Assembly (NCBI GenBank): GCA_963789395.1
Contig: CAWBKP010000011.1
Location: 96,001-160,000 of the forward strand
From: an uncultured delta proteobacterium
Lineage (GTDB): Bacteria > Desulfobacterota > Desulfobacteria > Desulfobacterales > Desulfatirhabdiaceae
Length of the DNA: 64,000 nucleotides
Direction of reading: 5' to 3'
Positions 10,954 to 20,417 of the stretch are shown here, piece after piece (within the stretch, counting starts at the first letter, position 1; the number at the start of each line of letters is the position of its first letter). The notes under the pieces are model-generated. The model was given only the letters and a program-made list of their open reading frames with translations. It was not told where the DNA came from and did not search any database. The position numbers were made by a program, and so were the translations under genes.

Positions 10954-12006
10954 ATGAAACCATTGAATCCATCTTCCATTCACCGAATGGTCATACGAAC
11001 TCCCAACTGGGTAGGCGATGCCGTGATGAGCACCCCTTTATTGCAGGCTGTTCGAAAAAATTTTCCGCATGCGCACATCACCCTTCTGGCCAAACCCTGG
11101 GTTGCACCGGTATATGCAAACAATCCGCACATCAACCACATTCTTGACTACGATGCCGCCGGTCGACACCGGGGCCTGGCCGGGAAATTCAGGCTTGCCA
11201 GAGACCTTCGCAAACACGATTTTGACCTGGCCCTGCTGATGCAAAATGCATTCGAGGCGGCGCTTATTGCATGGCTGGCAGGGATTCCCGCCCGGATGGG
11301 ATATGACACGGATGCCCGCAAAATGATGCTCACCCACCCGGTTCACCGCTACCCGTTCTTAAAACGGCGGCATCAGATAGACTATTATCTGGAAATCCTC
11401 AAAGGCGCCGGGCTTGCAGCCAATTCTTCTGAAATGGAGATTTTCATATCCGATGCAGAGAGATGCCAGGCCATCCAGCTCATCAGCGTCAGCGGACGTT
11501 CGGACAGGCCTTGCGTGATCGGCATCAACCCCGGCGCTGCATTCGGCACTGCCAAACGGTGGTTTGCAGACCGGTTTGCAGCACTCTGCAACCGCCTGAA
11601 ATCAGTTCCGGATGCCTGTTTTCTGATTTTTGGGGGCCCGGGCGAAGAAGAACTTGGAAAACAAATCGCCGGGTCTGTCGGCGATGCCTGCATCAATTTA
11701 TGCGGGAAAACCTCCCTGAGAGAGGCCATTGCCCTGATCGACCGGTGCCGCCTGTTTATCACAAACGACTCCGGACTGATGCATGTAGCAGCGGCCCTGC
11801 ATGTTCCGCAGATCGCCATCTTCGGTTCTACGGACCATACCACCACATCTCCCAGGAGCCCTCTGAGCCACATCCTTCGCATGCCCGTTGCGTGCAGCCC
11901 CTGCATGAAACCGGACTGCCCGATTGATCACCGGTGCATGGATGCCATCTCGGTTGATCACGTCCTGGATCTTGCCCTGGAACTTCTCTCCGGCGGGCAG
12001 TTATGA
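10954..12006 (+). CDS. waaF: LPS heptosyltransferase II (GT9)
   Basis: PNWVGDAVM, NPGAAFGTAKRW, TNDSGLMHVAAA, FGSTD, C-terminal CSPC...C motif. Confidence 0.92.
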   Translation: MKPLNPSSIHRMVIRTPNWVGDAVMSTPLLQAVRKNFPHAHITLLAKPWVAPVYANNPHINHILDYDAAGRHRGLAGKFRLARDLRKHDFDLALLMQNAFEAALIAWLAGIPARMGYDTDARKMMLTHPVHRYPFLKRRHQIDYYLEILKGAGLAANSSEMEIFISDAERCQAIQLISVSGRSDRPCVIGINPGAAFGTAKRWFADRFAALCNRLKSVPDACFLIFGGPGEEELGKQIAGSVGDACINLCGKTSLREAIALIDRCRLFITNDSGLMHVAAALHVPQIAIFGSTDHTTTSPRSPLSHILRMPVACSPCMKPDCPIDHRCMDAISVDHVLDLALELLSGGQL

Positions 12007-13058
12007 ATATCCTGATTATCAAACTGAGCGCCATCGGCGATGTCATTCACACCCTGCCGGCATTGAACGCTATCCGCGCCGCCCATCCATCGGCGCACAT
12101 CACCTGGCTGATTGAAGAAGCGGCAGCAGCCCTGATCGTCGGACATCCTGCGCTGGACCGGGTCATTATTTCCAGAAGAAAAAGCTGGATCAGGGATTTT
12201 CGGAAGGGACAGTGGCAATCCGTCATCCGCGAAGCAAGCGGACTGGTGCGGACGCTTCGGGATACCGCTTATGATCTTGTTTTTGATTTTCATGCCCTGC
12301 TCAAAAGCGGGATTCTGGTCGCTCTTTCCAGAGGCAGACGAAAAATCGGCTTTGACCGGGGAATGGAACATCAGGAATACAGCTACCTTTTTTTAAATGA
12401 GCGCGTTGCTCCGGTGGACATGAATTGCCATGCCATCCTGCGCAGCCTCAAGATGCTGGATGCCGCGGGCATCCATTCCCGGGATATCACATACCGGCTG
12501 CCGATTCATGATGCCGACCGCAAGGCAGCCGCATCTCTGCTTTGCCAGGAAGGGATAAAGGATGCCCGTCCCCTGATATGCATCAACCCGGTGGCCAAGT
12601 GGACTACCAAGCTCTGGCCGAACGAACTGTTTGCGGAACTGGCGGATAGCCTTTCAGAGCGCTACCGGATTTCTCCCATATTCACCGGTGCCCCGGAGGA
12701 CAGTGAAACTGTACGGGACATTCTGTCCCGCATGCAATTTTCGGCACTGGATCTGACCGGCAGAACCAACCTGAAAACCCTTGCCGCCCTTTATGAAACA
12801 GCCGATGTGCTGATTTCCACGGACACCGGTCCCATGCACCTTGGCGCCGCCGTCAATACGCCGGTCGTGGCGCTCTTCGGGCCGACAGCCCCTTGGCGTA
12901 CCGGCCCCATGGGTGACCAGCATCAGGTGATCCGTATTGGCCTGCCGTGCAGTCCCTGTTTCAAGCGCCAGTGCCCGACATGCGACTGCATGAACCATAT
13001 CCGCGCAGATCAGGTGTTGGAGGCCGTTGATCGGGTCGTGAATCCTCGAGATTCTTGA
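12003..13058 (+). CDS. GT9 heptosyltransferase (WaaC-like)
   Basis: ILIIKLSAIGDVIHTLP, DTGPMHL, LFGPT, CSPCFKRQC. Confidence 0.85.
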   Translation: MNILIIKLSAIGDVIHTLPALNAIRAAHPSAHITWLIEEAAAALIVGHPALDRVIISRRKSWIRDFRKGQWQSVIREASGLVRTLRDTAYDLVFDFHALLKSGILVALSRGRRKIGFDRGMEHQEYSYLFLNERVAPVDMNCHAILRSLKMLDAAGIHSRDITYRLPIHDADRKAAASLLCQEGIKDARPLICINPVAKWTTKLWPNELFAELADSLSERYRISPIFTGAPEDSETVRDILSRMQFSALDLTGRTNLKTLAALYETADVLISTDTGPMHLGAAVNTPVVALFGPTAPWRTGPMGDQHQVIRIGLPCSPCFKRQCPTCDCMNHIRADQVLEAVDRVVNPRDS

Positions 13059-13144
13059 TGGTTAACAGAAAGATGGATAAATGAAAGTCCGAATTTCGAA
13101 TTTATCATAAATCAGATTGTCAAACGGTCTCCCAACATTTCATT

Positions 13145-14056
13145 ATGGACATCTCCGTCATCATCATTAACTGGAACACCCGGGATCTGCTGCTGAGCAG
13201 CATCCGATCGGTTTATGAAACGCTCCGGGATATTTCTTTTGAGATCTGGGTGGTGGATAACGGATCAACAGATGGCAGTCAGGAAGCCGTAAAGACCGGC
13301 TTTCCGATGGTTCATCTGATTGAAAACACGCAAAACAGGGGATTTGCGGCTGCCAACAACCAGGCGCTGACACAAATGAACGGGCGATATGCGCTGTTGC
13401 TGAATTCCGATGCCACTTTGACGGATGGCGCTGCATCCCATCTTCTGGCCTTTATGGAATCCACGCCGACTGCGGGCATGGCCTGCGGCCAGCTTCTGAA
13501 TCTGGACGGCTCCCGGCAGAATTCCATTGCCAACTTCCCCACCCTGCTCACCCTAATTTCCAATGAAACCCTTTTACGCATCCTGTTACCAGACAAATAT
13601 CCCAGCAAACGCCGTGATTATCCCGGTCCCATCCCTGTCGACTCGGGAATCGGTGCATGCCTGATGATCCGAAAAGCCGCCATGGACAGTGTCGGAATTT
13701 TTGATGAAAACTTCTTTTTTTTCTTTGAAGAAACCGACTGGGCCTATCGCATGCGACAGGCCAACTGGCAAATCTATTTTGTTCCGTCAGCCCGTATCAT
13801 TCACGCTCAGGGGAAAAGCGCGGGAAGCAGCGTCGGATCCCGGATCCTTTATTACCGGTCGCGATATATTTACCTGAGAAAATGGCATCCCGACAGCTAC
13901 TTTCTGATGGTCATCATCATCTTTATCCGCCTGTTGGTCAATGCCGCCCTCTCCTTGCTGGGTTCCGGTCTCACGCTGGGACTTGCCCCGCGTCTTCGTG
14001 ACAAAACACTTATTTACTTTCAACTCATTGCATGGCATTTAAAAGGCTGCCCCTGA
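13145..14056 (+). CDS. GT2 glycosyltransferase (WbbL/rhamnosyltransferase-like)
   Basis: ISVIIINWN, VVDNGSTDGS, NRGFAAANN, LLLNSD, GACLMIR, FDENFFFFFEETD. Confidence 0.85.
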   Translation: MDISVIIINWNTRDLLLSSIRSVYETLRDISFEIWVVDNGSTDGSQEAVKTGFPMVHLIENTQNRGFAAANNQALTQMNGRYALLLNSDATLTDGAASHLLAFMESTPTAGMACGQLLNLDGSRQNSIANFPTLLTLISNETLLRILLPDKYPSKRRDYPGPIPVDSGIGACLMIRKAAMDSVGIFDENFFFFFEETDWAYRMRQANWQIYFVPSARIIHAQGKSAGSSVGSRILYYRSRYIYLRKWHPDSYFLMVIIIFIRLLVNAALSLLGSGLTLGLAPRLRDKTLIYFQLIAWHLKGCP

Positions 14057-14144
14057 ACTTTAAGAGGTGCCTGGCAGACAGACGCGAAAAAAATAATGTG
14101 TTGGAAGGGCCCCCTGCCTTTCTCTCAAACGGGAGAAACACATC

Positions 14145-15863
14145 ATGCGAATCGTCCTGTTATATGCTCCGCCCTGGAAAATTGCACAAAATGGCGACCC
14201 CGTCTACCCCCCTGAAGAAGGCCCTCCCGGCAATATTGATCCAGCAGCCGTCATGGAAGGGGATTTCATTCAGGCACCTTATGGACTGCTGTCGCTTGCC
14301 GCACAAGCACTGAAAAAAGGTTTCCGTGTTCAGACGTTGAATGTTTCCAATTTCCCCTGGCCGACTATTGAAAAACTCATCCGCTGTCTCAATGCGGACC
14401 TGTTCGGACTTACCTGCATAACGGAAAACCGGCGCGGCGTGGCAATGACAGCACAACTGATCCGAAGCATCCATCCCGAATCTCACATTGTTGTCGGCGG
14501 GCCCCATGTAACGGCACTGCCGATCGAAACCCTCCGGCATGTCCCCGCCATCGATACCGTTGTCGTCGGAGAGGGCGAAGAAACGTTTCTGGACATCATC
14601 GGGCGCCTTCAGGAAAACAAACCGGTACAGGGAATTGCCGGAACCGCCTGGCGCACTTCCAGCGGATGTCAACTCGGTCCCCCTCGGGAGCGCATTGCGG
14701 ATCTGGACACGCTGGCCCCTCCGATTGACTATTTCGATCTGCACACCCTGCTGACATCGCGTGGATGCCCGATGCAGTGCACCTTCTGCGGCAGCCGGCT
14801 GATGTGGGGAAAGCGGGTGGGATTCCATTCGGCTGAATATGTGCTGGATATGCTGGAAACGGCAGTAACCCGAAGGGGGCAGCGGATATTGTCGATCAAG
14901 GACGATACCTTTACGGCGGACAGGCGCCGGGTCCTTGCCATCTGTGAGGGAATCCGGAAAAGACGTCTGGAATTCATCTGGAGCTGCGATACCCGGGCGG
15001 ACTATCTGGATGATGAGCTGTTATCCGAGATGCGGCAGTCCGGCTGCACCCGTATCAGCATGGGCGTGGAGTCGGCTTCACCTGACATTTTGAGAAACAT
15101 CAACAAACGGCTGTCACTGGACCAGCTCTTCGATGTGACTCAGGCAGCCAAAAAATACGGCATTCACACCCGATACTACATGATGGCCGGGAACCGGGGG
15201 GAAACCCTTGAAACCTTTCACCAGAGCCTGGATTTTATCCGCAGGGCCAAACCCAATCAATTTGTTTTTTCACAGCTCCACCTGTATCCCGGTACAGAGG
15301 AATTCAATATATTTATGCGTCACGGACTCGTATTTCCTGACATGTTTTTCACACGGAATTTTTTCTGTCTCACCTGTTTTGCCGGTGACAAAAACCACGA
15401 GAAACACATTCGAAAGACGCTCAGCACCATTTCCGGCGTTCAGAACTGCTGGGAATTCGGCGTTGCGGATTACCGTCCGGTCTTGGCCCGGTTGCCGCAA
15501 ATGCCTTCGCTTCATATGGAATTGTGCCGGGCTTACCTGCGGGAAGGGAACACGGCTGCCGCAGAGCAGCACCTGCACCGTGCGGTAGAGTTAAATTTTT
15601 TTCTGCCGGGGCTGATCCATAACTTATATGCCTGCATCGCCGCTGAACACAAAGATATAGATGGATGCAAATTTCATCTGGAAGAGGCTTTCGCCATTCA
15701 TCCTCACCGAGTCGTCATCGAAAATCTGGAGCGGTTGGAGTCATGGCTGAACAGCAGCAACACGCAAAACGCCGCCCAACTGAAACTGGCGCCAGGCGAT
15801 GCTTTTGAAAGTACGTTTGTCTGCAGGCAGCCGGAGTGTCCGGATCCTGTTCATTTGGAATAA
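14145..15863 (+). CDS. Cobalamin-binding radical SAM protein with helical TPR-like C-terminus
   Basis: PYGLLSLAA, VVGGPH, VVGEGE (B12 domain); TSRGCPMQCTFC (CxxxCxxC); DDTF, GVES; GGAG RBS. Confidence 0.88.
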   Translation: MRIVLLYAPPWKIAQNGDPVYPPEEGPPGNIDPAAVMEGDFIQAPYGLLSLAAQALKKGFRVQTLNVSNFPWPTIEKLIRCLNADLFGLTCITENRRGVAMTAQLIRSIHPESHIVVGGPHVTALPIETLRHVPAIDTVVVGEGEETFLDIIGRLQENKPVQGIAGTAWRTSSGCQLGPPRERIADLDTLAPPIDYFDLHTLLTSRGCPMQCTFCGSRLMWGKRVGFHSAEYVLDMLETAVTRRGQRILSIKDDTFTADRRRVLAICEGIRKRRLEFIWSCDTRADYLDDELLSEMRQSGCTRISMGVESASPDILRNINKRLSLDQLFDVTQAAKKYGIHTRYYMMAGNRGETLETFHQSLDFIRRAKPNQFVFSQLHLYPGTEEFNIFMRHGLVFPDMFFTRNFFCLTCFAGDKNHEKHIRKTLSTISGVQNCWEFGVADYRPVLARLPQMPSLHMELCRAYLREGNTAAAEQHLHRAVELNFFLPGLIHNLYACIAAEHKDIDGCKFHLEEAFAIHPHRVVIENLERLESWLNSSNTQNAAQLKLAPGDAFESTFVCRQPECPDPVHLE

Positions 15864-16111
15864 AACCGCTTAAGGAGCACAAGAGCACTTTTCTTACGTC
15901 TCCCTGCTGTCGATCATCTTCATGTTTCCGGGTATATGTGTCGCTGCCACTTCGATGCAGCAACTTAAAGCGATTCCGGATCGATGGTTCGTATTCACAT
16001 TTTCAACGCCATTCTTGACTTATATCAATCCAATGCAGCACATGGTGAGGTATAGAAGCAAATCGTAAAATCATGACCGATTGTCTTTTTGAATTGTAAA
16101 GGGAGAATGCG

Positions 16112-16303
16112 ATGCACCGATTGCAGGAAATGGAACAGAAACTGAAAGAGCTGGAAGCCGCAATAACGGAGACCAGAAAGCGGCTGCCCGCTCACTCGGT
16201 CAAGCCGCCGGTAATGATGGATCTGTTGGATCTGGAAGATCAATATGATGATCTGATGAAACAGATTGACGCGTTAAAAGAAAAACAGGATATGAATTCA
16301 TGA
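16112..16303 (+). CDS. Small coiled-coil hypothetical protein with LPAHSVKP motif
   Basis: 63-aa ORF, GGGAG RBS, heptad pattern, stop overlaps the next ATG (ATGA). Confidence 0.7.
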   Translation: MHRLQEMEQKLKELEAAITETRKRLPAHSVKPPVMMDLLDLEDQYDDLMKQIDALKEKQDMNS

Positions 16304-16908
16304 TAAAACCTGATTTTCAAACAACCTACACGGCGCTTCGGAAACAATTGTCGGAAACCGATTATCTGACGAAATACCTGTTGCTCGGCGCCGAAATCCT
16401 GGACAAGGCACTGATCATTCCGTTCTATGGCACTCCCTACCGGATCGCCGGATCCGGTGTAACGACCCTGGCAGGCGCAGAAGTCAATCCGGCCATTGCC
16501 GTCGTTTTGGGTCAATATGTGCTGCGCTGCCATCAGAATATCTCCCCAAGCAGTGAAGCGCTGGTGACCTTTCGCGAATTCGAAGGGTCGGGTCCCCTCA
16601 GCGGATATTTTGTCGAGAACACCCAAAAGCCCATTTCCGGTGCGTTCAGAGGGAATATTTCGGCCCTTGAAGCACGCTGCAGGCAACTCAACGGAACCTT
16701 GCATGCGGATAACACCGCAGCGTATGACCTTGGCATACAATTTTACGCCCTGCCGAGGATTCCGGTTATTCTGTGTTTCAACGACAGAGACGCAGAGTTT
16801 CCGGCCCAATGCGCCATTTTGTTCAAATGTTCGGCGGAGCTTTTTCTCGATTTGCAGAGCCTCTGCGTTTGCGCCACATTCCTGGCCGGATCTCTGATCG
16901 GAGACTGA
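16300..16908 (+). CDS. DUF3786-family protein
   Basis: VTFREF, ALPRIPV...FNDRDAEFPAQCAILF...FLDLQSL resemble DUF3786. Confidence 0.75.
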   Translation: MIKPDFQTTYTALRKQLSETDYLTKYLLLGAEILDKALIIPFYGTPYRIAGSGVTTLAGAEVNPAIAVVLGQYVLRCHQNISPSSEALVTFREFEGSGPLSGYFVENTQKPISGAFRGNISALEARCRQLNGTLHADNTAAYDLGIQFYALPRIPVILCFNDRDAEFPAQCAILFKCSAELFLDLQSLCVCATFLAGSLIGD

Positions 16909-16999
16909 CATTCTGCTGTGATATCTCTTTACATCCGATGTGCTGCTGGGGTAATAATAATCAGCTGACACTGACAACGCGCCGTCATGGAGACCAAAC

Positions 17000-17329
17000 A
17001 TGCCATACAGTGAAGCACTCGAATCACGCATTATCCTCGCGTTATCCGGATGGGGCGCCACGCGGAAAAAAATGTTCGGCGGAACCTGTCACCTTATCAA
17101 CGGGAACATGGTATGCGGGGTATACCAGGATTTTCTGGTATTGCGGCTTGGAGAGGAACAGAGTGCCAAAGCCCTGAAGAAGCCGCATGTTCGACCGTTT
17201 GATGTGACGGGAAAACCGATGAAGGGCTGGGTCATGGTGGAAAAAGACGGTTTTGAGGGACAGCTGCTTGACGGGTGGCTTGAAAAGGCCAGATCATTTG
17301 CAGACAGCCTTCCGCCGAAACAGGTATGA
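17000..17329 (+). CDS. TfoX/Sxy N-terminal domain protein
   Basis: KKMFGG...NGNMVCGV...LRLG...GKPMKGWV...SLPPK. Confidence 0.85.
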   Translation: MPYSEALESRIILALSGWGATRKKMFGGTCHLINGNMVCGVYQDFLVLRLGEEQSAKALKKPHVRPFDVTGKPMKGWVMVEKDGFEGQLLDGWLEKARSFADSLPPKQV

Positions 17330-17362
17330 AACCTCCCGGATGCCGGGCTACAGGAAAAAAGG

Positions 17363-17791
17363 ATGCTTAATCTTCTGAAACGTTTCGAACACTACATCGT
17401 CCTGACGCTCATCCTGATGATGATGGTTGTCGTGCTGCTTTCCACCATCGAACTCGGCTGGCTGCTGGTTAAAGACATCATCACTCCCCCGGTTTTGCTG
17501 CTGGAGATTGATGAACTTTTAGAGCTTTTCGGTTTCTTCATGCTCGTACTGATCGGACTTGAGCTACTTGAAACCATCCGCGCCTATTATGTAGAGAATT
17601 CGGTGCATGCGGAAATCGTTATCAAGGTGGCAATGATCGCTATTGCCCGCAAAATCATCATCCTGGATGTAACAGATAAGTCAAGCCTGACGTTGGTCGG
17701 TATTGCAGCCATCGTTATTTCGCTGAGCTCAGCCTATTTTGTAATCAGGCATTTGAGACCCTCATCCCAGCCGGACGATGCGCCCGAATAA
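17363..17791 (+). CDS. PsiE-family membrane protein
   Basis: LVLIGLELLETI, VAMIAIARKIIILD; about 4 TM segments. Confidence 0.82.
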   Translation: MLNLLKRFEHYIVLTLILMMMVVVLLSTIELGWLLVKDIITPPVLLLEIDELLELFGFFMLVLIGLELLETIRAYYVENSVHAEIVIKVAMIAIARKIIILDVTDKSSLTLVGIAAIVISLSSAYFVIRHLRPSSQPDDAPE

Positions 17792-17877
17792 TTCCTTCGC
17801 TTTCTTACTCTCATCCTGTTTAACGGGGAAATTGACCGATGCACGGAATTTTAGACTGAAAGGAGTTGGTTTCACTC

Positions 17878-18348
17878 ATGGCAAATCCTGTCAAATTCTG
17901 CATGAAGACGGCGCTGATGCTGTTAATGCTCTCCGGATGCGCATCAGCGCGGCCTGAGGATACGGCCGGCATCCACCCATCACCTCTATTAAGCTGCCCC
18001 GAAAGCCCCAATTGCGTGTCGACGGAATCTTCAAACGACCGGCAGAAAATCGATGTGTTTCGCCTGAAGGGCGATTTCAGTAAAAACTGGCTTGAAATTC
18101 AGCGCATTGTGGCGGAACTTCCCCGGAGCTACATTGTCGAGGCTGACAAAACGTATATCCACGCCACATTCAAAAGCCGGGTATTCGGATTTATTGATGA
18201 TCTGGAGCTTTTACTGAATCCCTCAAGCGGAATTATCTCGATTCGTTCGGCAGCACAAACCGGTTACTGGGACTTTGGCGTTAACCGTCGCCGCGTAGCA
18301 GATCTCCGGCGCGCACTTCAGGCAAGCGACATTATCGAACAGCCGTAA
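17878..18348 (+). CDS. DUF1499-family lipoprotein
   Basis: LSGC lipobox, CPESPNCVS, FGFIDDLE, IRSAAQTGYWDFGVNRRR. Confidence 0.85.
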   Translation: MANPVKFCMKTALMLLMLSGCASARPEDTAGIHPSPLLSCPESPNCVSTESSNDRQKIDVFRLKGDFSKNWLEIQRIVAELPRSYIVEADKTYIHATFKSRVFGFIDDLELLLNPSSGIISIRSAAQTGYWDFGVNRRRVADLRRALQASDIIEQP

Positions 18349-18465
18349 TCCCGGAGCCGCTATCCTCACTGGGTTCGGAGTTCCCGTTTGCATTCCGGCG
18401 GCTTTACTTTTGTAGCGAGAGTATTATATTGTTTCCTATACATAACTGCAACAAAAGGAGAGAAC

Positions 18466-18840
18466 ATGAAAAAACTTAAGGAATACTTCGAGAGTACAAA
18501 AGGTACGGGCGTTCTGGCTACCGCCGATAGCAGCGGAAAAGTGGATGCGGCCATTTATTCCCGCCCGCACTTTCTGGAGGAAGGAGCCCTGGCCTTTATC
18601 ATGCGCGACCGCCTGACCCATCACAACCTTCAATCCAATCCCCATGCAACCTTTCTCTTCATGGAAGAGGGCCCTGGCTACAACGGCAAGCGTCTGTTTC
18701 TGAAAAAAATCCGCGAGGAAAACAATCCGGAACTGATCCAGAAGATCAAACGCCGCAAATACACAGATGATAATGAGGAGCCGAAATTTCTGGTATACTT
18801 CACACTGGACAAGGAACTTCCCCTGATCGGCGGAAAGTAA
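18466..18840 (+). CDS. Pyridoxamine 5'-phosphate oxidase-like FMN-binding protein
   Basis: GVLATADSSGKVD, THHNLQSNPHA; AAGGAG RBS before ATG 18466. Confidence 0.82.
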   Translation: MKKLKEYFESTKGTGVLATADSSGKVDAAIYSRPHFLEEGALAFIMRDRLTHHNLQSNPHATFLFMEEGPGYNGKRLFLKKIREENNPELIQKIKRRKYTDDNEEPKFLVYFTLDKELPLIGGK

Positions 18841-18950
18841 TCACTTTGATACGGGGAGTTTGAAGACGAAAAGCAAATCAATCACCAGAATGCCGACACT
18901 TGCAGCAGGCAATCGCCAACACAGCGATCATTTCTCAAAGGAAAAATTTA

Positions 18951-19902
18951 ATGGAAGACAAGATCAAAATCGGCGTCAGCGCCTGCCTTCTCGGGCAACA
19001 GGTCCGCTTTGACGGCGGCCACAAGCACGACCGTTACCTTACGAACACGCTGGGCGAATATTTGGATTTCATTCCGGTCTGCCCCGAAGTGGAGGCCGGC
19101 TTTCCCATTCCCAGGGAGACATTTCGCCTTGTCGGCGATCCGGAAAATCCACGTCTTGTCACTTCCCGAAGCAATGTGGATCATACGGATCGCATGGTTG
19201 GCTGGGCAGAGAAGCGTGTCCGGGAACTGGAAAAGGAGAACCTCTGCGGATTTATCTTTAAAAGTGATTCTCCCAGCAGCGGACTCATGCGGGTAAAGGT
19301 ATACAACCCGAAAGGGATGGCGGAAAAGAAAGGAGTGGGTCTGTTCGCACAGGCCTTCACCCGGCACTTTCCCCTGCTGCCGGTTGAGGAGGAAGGACGC
19401 CTGAATGACCCCAAACTGCGGGAGACATTCATCGAACAAATCTTCACCCTGAAGCGCTGGCGGGAGACACTGGCTCAGGGTCTAAACATGAAAAACCTTG
19501 TCGATTTCCACACCCGGCACAAACTTCTTGTGCTTTCCCACAGCCCGGCCAACGCCCGGTTGATGGGAAAACTCGTTGCTGATGGCAAGCAGATGCCCGA
19601 TTCAATCGGTTTATGCACAGTATGAAAGCCTTCTTATCGAATCGCTGCGCATGAAATCGACGCTGAAGAAAAACCTGAACGTGCTTGAGCACATCCTCGG
19701 TTATTTCAAGAAACAGCTCAGCTCCGACGAGAAGCAGGAGATGCTTGAATTATTCGACCGCTACCGCAACGAGTTCGTGCCGCTGATTGTGCCGGTAACG
19801 CTATTGAACCATTATGTGCGTAAAATCGGCGAGCCGTATCTGAAGCAGCAGGTGTATCTGAATCCGCATCCCATTGCATTGAAACTCAGGAATCATGCCT
19901 GA
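18951..19902 (+). CDS. DUF523 (TudS-type desulfidase)-DUF1722 (YbgA) fusion, apparent frameshift near 19600
   Basis: IGVSACLLG..VRFDGGHK, CPEVEAG, KSDSPSSG, EEEGRL; then FHTRHKL, HILGYFK, YLNPHP. Confidence 0.88.
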
Positions 19903-19995
19903 TCGAAGAGCTTCAGGCCCGATATCCGTTGCATGGTCGTTTGGCATGATGATAAAATCCACCCGTTGCTGATTTAACAGTAGCGGAGGAAGTCG

Positions 19996-20402
19996 ATGCG
20001 AATACAATTGGATCACCTTGCCCTGAATATGAAAAATGAGATCGAAATGATCCATTTTTACCTTACCGTACTGCAACTCCCCGCAGACCGGCTTGATGAA
20101 TACCGCCTGGGAAAAGCTCCCTTTCCTTCGATCCGAATCAACGCTGACACGATTATCGATCTTATTCCCCAGGCGCATATGGGCCTCGAAACCAGACTTC
20201 GTCCGGCATCTCCTCCCTCAACCACTACTGCATCTGACCCTCCAAAAGGCTGCATGGCAGGATCTTTGCGGATCGGCTGGCATCCTTCGGGATACCGATT
20301 GAAGAGGGTCCCGTTTCCAGATGGGGTGCTCACGGCAACGGAACATCCGTGTATTTTCGTGACCCGATGCGAACCGCATCGAGGCCAAAGTACTATGAAT
20401 AA
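19996..20402 (+). CDS. VOC/glyoxalase-family protein, multiple apparent indels
   Basis: LDHLAL...PFPSIRIN.DTIIDL; in other frames LNHYC and EEGPVSRWGAHGNGTSVYFRDP. Confidence 0.75.
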
Positions 20403-20417
20403 GCAAACACAGGAGGC

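Noticed and set aside
18405..18460. CarH/LitR-type 11-bp direct-repeat operator (TATACA...GCAACA) before the PNPOx/TudS cluster
   Set aside because: Only one good and one poor repeat, and no regulator or photolyase in the window; too weak to call
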